The notes under the pieces were generated by a model that was not told the origin of the DNA, made no database searches, and saw only the letters and a program-made list of their open reading frames with translations. A DNA stretch of 64,000 nucleotides, taken from Scenedesmus sp. PABB004. Lineage: Eukaryota. The stretch lies in contig JABVCE010000018.1 in assembly GCA_014905635.1 (NCBI GenBank), positions 620,001 to 684,000 on the forward strand. The letters run 5' to 3'. Below, one piece after another: positions 11,390 through 21,764 of the stretch; position 1 is the first letter of the stretch, and the number at the start of each line of letters is the position of its first letter. Made by a program: the position numbers and the translations under genes.

Positions 11390-11985
11390 AGCAGCTCACG
11401 CAGCGCGAGCCCGCCGCAGCGGCCGAGCTGAGCCTGCTGCAGTGGCACCTCACGCTCGCGTACCAGCGCGCGTCAAGCCGCAGCTGGCCGGCCGACCCGC
11501 TGCGGCTGCGCCAGCTGCGCCGCGATGGGGGCGCGTGCGCGGCGGGCGCGGACGCGGGGGCGCTCGAATCGGCGGGCGTGCAGGAGCAGGCCCAGGAGGA
11601 GCGCGGGGCGGCCGCCGGCAGTGAAGCTGGCGACGGGGCAGCCCCGTCAGGCAGCGCGCCGCCCGGCACCTGCAGCGACGACGGCGGCAGCGGCGATGTG
11701 CCCTAGGCCGAGGCGGGCGGCATGCGGCTGCAGCCCGCCGCCGACCACCCGCTGCAGCCGCAGTCCGGCGACTGCGGCCGGCGCAGCCGCACCCCGTGCT
11801 GCCGCACGGCCTGCAGGCCTGCCTCCGACGTCGAGGCGGCCGCGCGCCTGTTTTCGGGCGCGACGAGCACGGCGGCGCCCGGGCAGCACAGCGGCGCGGT
11901 GCTCAACTGGATTTACCTCGACAGCGACGCGGTGCGGGGGCCTCACGACGGCGCGCTCATGCTGCGCTGGTTCCTCGCACACTAC
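11389..11985 (+). pseudogene. Middle fragment of the GYF-domain gene (inverted copy of 50127-50729), copy 1
   Basis: EQLTQREPAAAAELSLLQWHLTLAYQRA...WIYLDSDAVRGPHDGALMLRWFLAHY matches the parent gene. In-frame TAG at 11704 where the parent has TCG. Confidence 0.9.
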
Positions 11986-12050
11986 TTGCGTCGCCGCCGC
12001 AAGGTTCTGAGGCGGCGCTGTTTGTTCCGATTGCGTGTGCGGGTGGCGCC
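11986..12050 (+). pseudogene. Fragment of HemK stop codon and 3' UTR (also 14790-14854, 20760-20824)
   Basis: cgtcgccgc..agg..ctgaggcggcgc..gttccga.tgcg resembles the reverse complement of ~25590-25646. Confidence 0.6.
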
Positions 12051-12303
12051 CGGTCTGGACTGGGCGCAGCGATTGGTGCTTACATGCTGGCTGGCTGTTG
12101 ATGCTGTGCAGGTGGTGGCTGACGCACTGCTGCAGAGCGCGCCCGCACCGTTGCCAGCGTCGCCAGCAGCGGCGTCCGAGCTGCTGGTGCCGAGAGCGCC
12201 GCCAGCGCCGGTATGACCCGCGGGGAGGTGCGCTCAACAGCCGAGCACGGGTTTCGAACCCGTAGCCGGTGGATTCACCGGCTAAACCCCGCAAGCGCAG
12301 GTC

Positions 12304-12590
12304 TCACCAGCCAAACCAGTCGAGCGCCGGCGGCAGCGGCTGCGACCCCGCGCCCGGGCCGGAGCTCTGCGCGGCGCACAGATGGCGCTCCAGCACGCCC
12401 AGCCGGGAGTGGCTGGCGCTGGCGTCCATGGCTGCTGCGCGGGCGCCGGCGAGCGCACGGCAACGTGATTGTCGGGAGAGCGGCCGCGGCGGGCGGGGAA
12501 GGCCGCGACGGATGCGCGGCGGGATGGCGACGAGCGCGGGGTGGCCGGGGCTGCAGCTGGGGCGTGTGCGGCATGCGGCGGCGCAGAACG
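12304..12590 (-). pseudogene. 5' fragment of acyl-CoA oxidase (upstream region plus PTS2 leader), copy 1
   Basis: 12348-12590 matches 49114-49345. ATG 12429 gives [27 protein letters not shown], then an unrelated tail to TGA. Confidence 0.88.
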
Positions 12591-13404
12591 CGCCGAGACA
12601 GTTGAGACAGGTCAGCCGCGGCGCCTGCCGAAATTCGCCGGCGGTGCGCCGCCTGCGCTGCCTGAGCTGGCACGACCTCTCTGAGCTGGCACGAGCTGAC
12701 TGACTGAGCTGAGCCGTGCCCGCAGTGCGCGATGTTAGTTGTTCACCTCTGGCCAGAGGTGCCATGGCCCCCGTTTTGCCGCAGCCGAGCCGCCCGCCCC
12801 GCGCCGTGCGGCCGCCAGGCTGGGTGCACCCCACCCCTGTCTCCGGCGTGGGCGGGCGGCGCGTCGCCGCGGCAGGGCGGCACGCGGGTCAGGAGGGTCG
12901 GCAAGCCCGCACGCGCAGGCTCAGCGGCTGGCGGCGGGCGCAGCCTGGCCGGCGGCGTGCCGCGCTGCAACGGCCGTCACACCCCATCGTGGCTGACGCA
13001 ACGCCGCTCTCCGCAGGCTCCATGAGCGCGACGAGTGGTTGATCTCGAGTGGAAGCAGCGGGGTGCGCTCCGCGAGTCAGGGAGAGCCGCCGCGAGCGGA
13101 TCGCCTTGCGCCTCCCGCTGGCTGCAGCCGACGTGCGCGTCCGCCGGCCGCCGCGACAGGATGATGAAAGATACAAGCGCAACCACTGAGTGGCTTGGCT
13201 GCGTCCGGACGCTCGAGTAAGGCCCTAGGCCCGCTTTTGACAAGCACCTGATCGCAAAACTGATGTGACCCCTGATCGGGCTCTGTTTGGCTGTGTAACG
13301 GAGCCGCACGCTGCACTCACGCTCAACAGCAGGCAGCAGCGCTCTGCATCGGCCTCATTTTTTCCCTTTAAAGGTACAAATTTTACGTAAAACTTTGACC
13401 AGAG

Positions 13405-14193
13405 ATGGCGGCGAGTGTGTCTGCCGAGCTGCGCGCCCGCGCGCTGGCGCACGTCGGCGCTGACTCCCTGCAGGCGTGCAGAGACTAGCAGCTTGGTGCG
13501 TTGCTGCGGCGGGCGGCGGACGCAGCGGCGCGGTCCCGAGACGGCGCGATCCCGAGACGGCGCCCGCAGTGCCCGCGGCTAGCAGCAGCTCGTAGCCGCG
13601 CGCGGGTGGTGACGCGGGCAGCCGCCTGCACGGTGGGCGGCGCGCGCTGCTCGGCGCGCGCAGCGGCCGGCGGCGCCGCCACAGCGCGCGGGGCGCCCGC
13701 CCGCCGACGCCGCCCGCGCGCGCCCGCGCGTTTTGCGGCTGCGCCCGCAGGACAGCAGCAGCCGGCGAGTCATGGTCACAGGCATGGCCGTGGTGTCGTC
13801 GCTGGGGCACGAGGTGCGGCCGGCAGCGGGCGGGGCCCGCGGGGCGCCCGGCCGCCGCCGCCGCAGCGCGCCCCTCCGCCGCCGCAGCGCCCGCGTGCTC
13901 CGTCCTTTCACGCCGCGCCGCGCCCAGGTCGAGCCCTTTTACGACGCGCTGCTGGCTGGCAAGAGCGGCGTGAGCCCGATCGAGAGCTTCGACGCGACCG
14001 ACTTCCCGACGCGCTTTGCAGGCGAGATCAAGGCGCGGCCCGCTCCCGCGCGCGACTCCGCGCGCTCCGCAGCCTGCCCGCCGCGCACGCGCCGCGCGCC
14101 GCGCCGCCCCGTCCTACCGTGTCTGCCCACGCCGCCGCCGCGCGCCGCCGAGCTGCACCGTGCCCCACAGCGGCGCAGTCGTTTGATGTGGAG
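13405..14193 (+). pseudogene. KASII 5' fragment, copy 2
   Basis: Near-identical to 10601-11389. Confidence 0.88.
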
Positions 14194-14789
14194 AGCAGCT
14201 CACGCAGCGCGAGCCCGCCGCAGCGGCCGAGCTGAGCCTGCTGCAGTGGCACCTCACGCTCGCGTACCAGCGCGCGTCAAGCCGCAGCTGGCCGGCCGAC
14301 CCGCTGCGGCTGCGCCAGCTGCGCCGCGATGGGGGCGCGTGCGCGGCGGGCGCGGACGCGGGGGCGCTCGAATCGGCGGGCGTGCAGGAGCAGGCCCAGG
14401 AGGAGCGCGGGGCGGCCGCCGGCAGTGAAGCTGGCGACGGGGCAGCCCCGTCAGGCAGCGCGCCGCCCGGCACCTGCAGCGACGACGGCGGCAGCGGCGA
14501 TGTGCCCTAGGCCGAGGCGGGCGGCATGCGGCTGCAGCCCGCCGCCGACCACCCGCTGCAGCCGCAGTCCGGCGACTGCGGCCGGCGCAGCCGCACCCCG
14601 TGCTGCCGCACGGCCTGCAGGCCTGCCTCCGACGTCGAGGCGGCCGCGCGCCTGTTTTCGGGCGCGACGAGCACGGCGGCGCCCGGGCAGCACAGCGGCG
14701 CGGTGCTCAACTGGATTTACCTCGACAGCGACGCGGTGCGGGGGCCTCACGACGGCGCGCTCATGCTGCGCTGGTTCCTCGCACACTAC
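14193..14789 (+). pseudogene. GYF gene middle fragment, copy 2
   Basis: Matches 11389-11985. Confidence 0.9.
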
Positions 14790-15107
14790 TTGCGTCGCCG
14801 CCGCAAGGTTCTGAGGCGGCGCTGTTTGTTCCGATTGCGTGTGCGGGTGGCGCCCGGTCTGGACTGGGCGCAGCGATTGGTGCTTACATGCTGGCTGGCT
14901 GTTGATGCTGTGCAGGTGGTGGCTGACGCACTGCTGCAGAGCGCGCCCGCACCGTTGCCAGCGTCGCCAGCAGCGGCGTCCGAGCTGCTGGTGCCGAGAG
15001 CGCCGCCAGCGCCGGTATGACCCGCGGGGAGGTGCGCTCAACAGCCGAGCACGGGTTTCGAACCCGTAGCCGGTGGATTCACCGGCTAAACCCCGCAAGC
15101 GCAGGTC

Positions 15108-15394
15108 TCACCAGCCAAACCAGTCGAGCGCCGGCGGCAGCGGCTGCGACCCCGCGCCCGGGCCGGAGCTCTGCGCGGCGCACAGATGGCGCTCCAGCAC
15201 GCCCAGCCGGGAGTGGCTGGCGCTGGCGTCCATGGCTGCTGCGCGGGCGCCGGCGAGCGCACGGCAACGTGATTGTCGGGAGAGCGGCCGCGGCGGGCGG
15301 GGAAGGCCGCGACGGATGCGCGGCGGGATGGCGACGAGCGCGGGGTGGCCGGGGCTGCAGCTGGGGCGTGTGCGGCATGCGGCGGCGCAGAACG
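15108..15394 (-). pseudogene. ACX 5' fragment, copy 2
   Basis: Matches 12304-12590; ATG at 15233. Confidence 0.88.
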
Positions 15395-15794
15395 CGCCGA
15401 GACAGTTGAGACAGGTCAGCCGCGGCGCCTGCCGAAATTCGCCGGCGGTGCGCCGCCTGCGCTGCCTGAGCTGGCACGACCTCTCTGAGCTGGCACGAGC
15501 TGACTGACTGAGCTGAGCCGTGCCCGCAGTGCGCGATGTTAGTTGTTCACCTCTGGCCAGAGGTGCCATGGCCCCCGTTTTGCCGCAGCCGAGCCGCCCG
15601 CCCCGCGCCGTGCGGCCGCCAGGCTGGGTGCACCCCACCATCAAAGTCTCCAACCCTGAGGCGGGCGTCGACGTCGCCGACCTCCGGGCTACAGCTGGGT
15701 CTGGCAGGAGCTGCCTGAGCTGGCACGAGCTCACTGTGCTGAGGAGGCACAGCGTGGGCGACGGCGGCCGCGTTTCAATGCGCGCGCACGCTGG

Positions 15795-16468
15795 TCACCC
15801 CTGACCGCCGCCGCCACCGTCGCCGCCGCCAAGCGACAGCATGCTCGCCAGGCCCTGCACCAGCAGCCTCGCCACCGACAGCGGCGCAGCGCTCGGCGCC
15901 ACCTGCTCCCCGCGCGCCCGCCCGTCCGCCGCCGGCGCCTGCTGGCCCAGGAGCGCGGCGGGCGGGAGCTGCGGCGTGTCGGACACAAAGTCCAGCGCCG
16001 TGCCGCTGCCGCGCTCGCCGTCGGCGTCGCCCCAGTCGCCGCCTCCGCCGTCGAGCAGCTCGCCCGCGGCCGCGCCGCCGCTCAGCAGCAGGCCCTCCAC
16101 CGCCGCGCCCACGCTGCCGAGCGCCTCCTGCACCGACGCGATGCCCCAGCCGCCCACGCCGCCGCCGCCGCCGCGCAGGTGCGCGGCCAGCGCACCAAGG
16201 CCGAGCGCTTCGATGTCTGCCAGCGCGCCCGCCGCGCCGCCGCCGCAGCTGGTGTGTGTGCTGACCGGCAGCGCGCCCGGCGGCGGCGCCGGCGACGACG
16301 CCGCGGCCGAGCTCGCGGCGGCACGCGGCGCGTAGCCGCCGCCGGCGTTGAGCTCGTCCAGCAGCGCCCGGAGCGGCGCAAATGCGGCGGGTGGCGGCGG
16401 ACGCGCGCCGCCGCCGCCGTCCAGGCCCTGCAGCACCCGGCGACGGGCAGGGCGTTTTCCAGGTAGTG
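15795..16468 (-). pseudogene. 3' fragment of the GYF-domain gene (copy of ~49437-50132), frameshifted
   Basis: VLQGLDGGG..FAPLRALLDEL..ALADIEALGL..LDFVSDTPQLPP..LLVQGLASMLSLGG matches the parent. One base shorter at ~16436 than the 21765 copy. Confidence 0.9.
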
Positions 16469-16646
16469 CGGCACGCCGTGGCAGTCGGGCGCCGCTTGCG
16501 GGAGCGTCCCAGCGGCAAGCAGGCCGCCTCAGCGCGGTCACGCTAAGGCCCGTGCCATTTCCTCACCTGATCAACTGATCAACTGAGTCACGACCGCGGG
16601 GTGGACCCTACCCCGCGGCTGCGCCAGCGACTAGCGAGCAACGAAC

Positions 16647-17451
16647 CTAAGCCACCTCCGCTTTCCCCGCCCCCTGATCGCCCCGCCCCGCCTCCTTGTC
16701 GGCCACCGCTGCAGCCTCGTCTGCCGCCGCGTCCGGCCCGGCGCGCCAGCGCGCCGCGATCTGGGCGCCCGCGCCCGCCGCGAGCAGCGCGTTGGCGCCG
16801 GCGAGGATCGAAAAAAACGGCCCGGCGTCCAGCGCGGCAACGGCGGCCGAGGCGGCGAGGATGAGCACGCCGCACCCGAAGTACGAGGTGCTGTACATGC
16901 CCGCCGCCGCGGCGGCGGCCTCGCGCTGCTTGAGGGCTGTCAAGAAGCTGAAGATGGCAGGCTGATAGAACGAGTTGGCCGTGCCGATCAGCACCTGGCC
17001 ACCGAGCACGGCGGCGAGGTGGAGCCGGCCCGACGCGGCCCAGCCAAAGAGGAGCAGCCCCGCCGGCATGAGCAGCCCCGCCACGCCCGCTCCGGGCGCG
17101 AGCGCCGCGAGCGGCACGCCCGGGCGCGCTGCCGCGGCCGCGTCGCTGAGCCGGCCGCCGAGCGGGCTCGCGAGCAGGCCGGCGAGGCCGCCGGCAGTGT
17201 AGGTGAGGCCGACGTAGGTGGGGGAGAGCGAGTATGGCGGCGCCGCGAGGACGACGGGCAGCTCGGTCAGGATGGCAAACATGCTTGAGAAGACGAGCAG
17301 CGACTGGCCCGCATGCAGCACGACGCGGTGGTCCGCGAGGATGCGCAGCGGGTGCCACGGCGCCTGCGAGGGGATGCCATGCGCGGGGCGTGGGCGCGGG
17401 CGCGGGCGCGGGCGCAGGCGCGGGCGCGGGCGTGGGCGCGGGCGCGGGCGT

Positions 17452-17546
<95 letters not shown>

Positions 17547-18957
17547 TGGGCCCGGCAGGGCGCAGGTGGTGCGGGTGAGGCGGCGCGGCGCGGCGCGGCG
17601 CGACGCGTTGTCGTTTGGCGCGTGCACGCGCACCTTGAACTCCGGTGGCGTGCTGAGCACCTTGGCTGCCTCCGCCAGCCCCGCCGCGGCGCCGGGGTCG
17701 ACGCGTGACAGCGCGGCGATGCGGTGATAGTGGTGCGTCTCAGGGAGCACAAAGACCAGCAGCGGTGACACGACGACCAGCGCAAGCGCGCCGACGGCGG
17801 CCATGGTGGAGCGCCAGCCAAACGCCTGCGCTAGTGCCCCGCCTATGATGGGGCCCACGAGACGGCCTGCCGGCGGCGGGATGGGAGGGGGGGGGGGGGG
17901 GGGGGGGGGATGAGAAAAAGCGGGCCACGCCCCCACGAGCAGCCCCGGCCACCACCCGGGGCCGCGGTGGCGGCGGCGGCGCGGCGCGCTGCGGCGCGTG
18001 GGCCGCCACGCCGTGCCGCACCCACGAGCATTGGGATGACCAAAATGCCGAGCGCCGTGCCGCGCTCCAGGGGCGCGTAGATGTCGGCCACAATGGCGCT
18101 CACGGTTGCGCCGTACGCGGACACTGCGCGGGGGCGCGCGCGTAGGCGGGGGGGGGGGGGGGGGCACGGTGGGCTGGGCACGGAGGCACCGCGCGCGCGT
18201 GCGCCGCCGGCGCCGCGCCCGCCGCACGCCCCGTGCGTGCACCACGTGCGCGGTCACCTGACGCGCCCTGCAGCGCGCGGAAGGCAATGAGGGCACCGAT
18301 GGAGGGTGACAGGGCGCAGGCGAGGCTGGTCAAAATGAAGGCGGCGGTGCTGGCAAGGAAGACCGGCTTGCGCCCGAAGCGGTCCGACGCGGGCCCCCAG
18401 ACGAGGCCCGCACAGCCGACCTGCAGCGTGGGGGACAGGCGGCGGGCAGGCGTCAGCCGGCGTGCGGCCGCACAGCGCGGCGCACAGCGCGGCGGCGCGC
18501 ACAGCGAAGACATAGATCGCAACCGTCGCTGCGACTTTTTCCTGCGTCGTCGCAAACTCTGCCTGCAGGGGGCCCAGGGCTGGCAAGTAGATTGTGTCCG
18601 ATACCGGCATGAGCACGCTGGCGATGCAGGCGGTCGCCAGAATCACACCGCGCCGGCGGCGGCTGTGGAGGTTGTAGATGCTCGTCACGCTCTTTGCGCC
18701 GCCCTCGGACGGCGCCGACGCCACGGCGCTGCGGGCGTCGTCGCCCTTGAGCGCGCACCCCCACACCACGTGCACTCCGTGCTGCGGCTCGGGGGCGGCC
18801 GGCGCCCCTGTCTCCGGCGTGGTGCTGCGGCGGCGCCGCGGCAGGGCGGCACGGCGGGTCAGGAGGGTCGGCAAGCCCGCACGCGCAGGCTCAGCGGCTG
18901 GCGGCGGGCGCAGCCTGGCCGGCGGCGTGCCGCGCTGCAACGGCCGTCACACCCCAT
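16647..18957 (-). CDS. MFS transporter, DHA1-like, copy A2
   Basis: Near-identical to A1 except last-exon patches (KQREAAA, LDAGPFF, KAEVA*) and the 3' flank. Confidence 0.85.
17386..17551. repeat. (GGGCGC)n hexamer array in the last intron of MFS A2
   Basis: About 27 units. Confidence 0.9.
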
Positions 18958-19374
18958 CGTGGCTGACGCAACGCCGCTCTCCGCAGGCTCCATGAGCGCG
19001 ACGAGTGGTTGATCTCGAGTGGAAGCAGCGGGGTGCGCTCCGCGAGTCAGGGAGAGCCGCCGCGAGCGGATCGCCTTGCGCCTCCCGCTGGCTGCAGCCG
19101 ACGTGCGCGTCCGCCGGCCGCCGCGACAGGATGATGAAAGATACAAGCGCAACCACTGAGTGGCTTGGCTGCGTCCGGACGCTCGAGTAAGGCCCTAGGC
19201 CCGCTTTTGACAAGCACCTGATCGCAAAACTGATGTGACCCCTGATCGGGCTCTGTTTGGCTGTGTAACGGAGCCGCACGCTGCACTCACGCTCAACAGC
19301 AGGCAGCAGCGCTCTGCATCGGCCTCATTTTTTCCCTTTAAAGGTACAAATTTTACGTAAAACTTTGACCAGAG

Positions 19375-20163
19375 ATGGCGGCGAGTGTGTCTGCCGAGCT
19401 GCGCGCCCGCGCGCTGGCGCACGTCGGCGCTGACTCCCTGCAGGCGTGCAGAGACTAGCAGCTTGGTGCGTTGCTGCGGCGGGCGGCGGACGCAGCGGCG
19501 CGGTCCCGAGACGGCGCGATCCCGAGACGGCGCCCGCAGTGCCCGCGGCTAGCAGCAGCTCGTAGCCGCGCGCGGGTGGTGACGCGGGCAGCCGCCTGCA
19601 CGGTGGGCGGCGCGCGCTGCTCGGCGCGCGCAGCGGCCGGCGGCGCCGCCACAGCGCGCGGGGCGCCCGCCCGCCGACGCCGCCCGCGCGCGCCCGCGCG
19701 TTTTGCGGCTGCGCCCGCAGGACAGCAGCAGCCGGCGAGTCATGGTCACAGGCATGGCCGTGGTGTCGTCGCTGGGGCACGAGGTGCGGCCGGCAGCGGG
19801 CGGGGCCCGCGGGGCGCCCGGCCGCCGCCGCCGCAGCGCGCGCCTCCGCCGCCGCAGCGCCCGCGTGCTCCGTCCTTTCACGCCGCGCCGCGCCCAGGTC
19901 GAGCCCTTTTACGACGCGCTGCTGGCTGGCAAGAGCGGCGTGAGCCCGATCGAGAGCTTCGACGCGACCGACTTCCCGACGCGCTTTGCAGGCGAGATCA
20001 AGGCGCGGCCCGCTCCCGCGCGCGACTCCGCGCGCTCCGCAGCCTGCCCGCCGCGCACGCGCCGCGCGCCGCGCCGCCCCGTCCTACCGTGTCTGCCCAC
20101 GCCGCCGCCGCGCGCCGCCGAGCTGCACCGTGCCCCACAGCGGCGCAGTCGTTTGATGTGGAG
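19375..20163 (+). pseudogene. KASII 5' fragment, copy 3
   Basis: Near-identical to 10601-11389. Confidence 0.88.
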
Positions 20164-20759
20164 AGCAGCTCACGCAGCGCGAGCCCGCCGCAGCGGCCGA
20201 GCTGAGCCTGCTGCAGTGGCACCTCACGCTCGCGTACCAGCGCGCGTCAAGCCGCAGCTGGCCGGCCGACCCGCTGCGGCTGCGCCAGCTGCGCCGCGAT
20301 GGGGGCGCGTGCGCGGCGGGCGCGGACGCGGGGGCGCTCGAATCGGCGGGCGTGCAGGAGCAGGCCCAGGAGGAGCGCGGGGCGGCCGCCGGCAGTGAAG
20401 CTGGCGACGGGGCAGCCCCGTCAGGCAGCGCGCCGCCCGGCACCTGCAGCGACGACGGCGGCAGCGGCGATGTGCCCTAGGCCGAGGCGGGCGGCATGCG
20501 GCTGCAGCCCGCCGCCGACCACCCGCTGCAGCCGCAGTCCGGCGACTGCGGCCGGCGCAGCCGCACCCCGTGCTGCCGCACGGCCTGCAGGCCTGCCTCC
20601 GACGTCGAGGCGGCCGCGCGCCTGTTTTCGGGCGCGACGAGCACGGCGGCGCCCGGGCAGCACAGCGGCGCGGTGCTCAACTGGATTTACCTCGACAGCG
20701 ACGCGGTGCGGGGGCCTCACGACGGCGCGCTCATGCTGCGCTGGTTCCTCGCACACTAC
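20163..20759 (+). pseudogene. GYF gene middle fragment, copy 3
   Basis: Matches 11389-11985. Confidence 0.9.
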
Positions 20760-21077
20760 TTGCGTCGCCGCCGCAAGGTTCTGAGGCGGCGCTGTTTGTT
20801 CCGATTGCGTGTGCGGGTGGCGCCCGGTCTGGACTGGGCGCAGCGATTGGTGCTTACATGCTGGCTGGCTGTTGATGCTGTGCAGGTGGTGGCTGACGCA
20901 CTGCTGCAGAGCGCGCCCGCACCGTTGCCAGCGTCGCCAGCAGCGGCGTCCGAGCTGCTGGTGCCGAGAGCGCCGCCAGCGCCGGTATGACCCGCGGGGA
21001 GGTGCGCTCAACAGCCGAGCACGGGTTTCGAACCCGTAGCCGGTGGATTCACCGGCTAAACCCCGCAAGCGCAGGTC

Positions 21078-21364
21078 TCACCAGCCAAACCAGTCGAGCG
21101 CCGGCGGCAGCGGCTGCGACCCCGCGCCCGGGCCGGAGCTCTGCGCGGCGCACAGATGGCGCTCCAGCACGCCCAGCCGGGAGTGGCTGGCGCTGGCGTC
21201 CATGGCTGCTGCGCGGGCGCCGGCGAGCGCACGGCAACGTGATTGTCGGGAGAGCGGCCGCGGCGGGCGGGGAAGGCCGCGACGGATGCGCGGCGGGATG
21301 GCGACGAGCGCGGGGTGGCCGGGGCTGCAGCTGGGGCGTGTGCGGCATGCGGCGGCGCAGAACG
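21078..21364 (-). pseudogene. ACX 5' fragment, copy 3
   Basis: Matches 12304-12590; ATG at 21203. Confidence 0.88.
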
Positions 21365-21764
21365 CGCCGAGACAGTTGAGACAGGTCAGCCGCGGCGCCT
21401 GCCGAAATTCGCCGGCGGTGCGCCGCCTGCGCTGCCTGAGCTGGCACGACCTCTCTGAGCTGGCACGAGCTGACTGACTGAGCTGAGCCGTGCCCGCAGT
21501 GCGCGATGTTAGTTGTTCACCTCTGGCCAGAGGTGCCATGGCCCCCGTTTTGCCGCAGCCGAGCCGCCCGCCCCGCGCCGTGCGGCCGCCAGGCTGGGTG
21601 CACCCCACCATCAAAGTCTCCAACCCTGAGGCGGGCGTCGACGTCGCCGACCTCCGGGCTACAGCTGGGTCTGGCAGGAGCTGCCTGAGCTGGCACGAGC
21701 TCACTGTGCTGAGGAGGCACAGCGTGGGCGACGGCGGCCGCGTTTCAATGCGCGCGCACGCTGG

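Larger units (their letters stand above)
12834..15638. repeat. Extra 2.8-kb internal tandem copy of 10031-12835
   Basis: Offset 2804. The junction at 12834-12835 shares only CC (caccccacc / cccctgtctccggcgtgg). Confidence 0.93.

Noticed and set aside
10682..11706. TAG reassignment or readthrough
   Set aside because: In-frame TAGs occur only in duplicated fragments; intact genes (PNO1, MFS) use TAG as a normal stop.
10601..11985. Functional KASII-GYF fusion protein
   Set aside because: Leader is disrupted, the junction is out of frame (TGA 11429-11431), and the GYF frame has a TAG at 11704.
12230..12335. Functional tRNA (including tRNA-Sec)
   Set aside because: Only a T-arm and one long stem; no acceptor stem, D-arm or 7-nt anticodon loop.
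14784..16468. Non-autonomous CACTA transposon
   Set aside because: Inverted match is only 6-9 bp, there is no 3-bp TSD or subterminal repeat array, and CACTAC is native GYF coding sequence. Inversion explains both ends.
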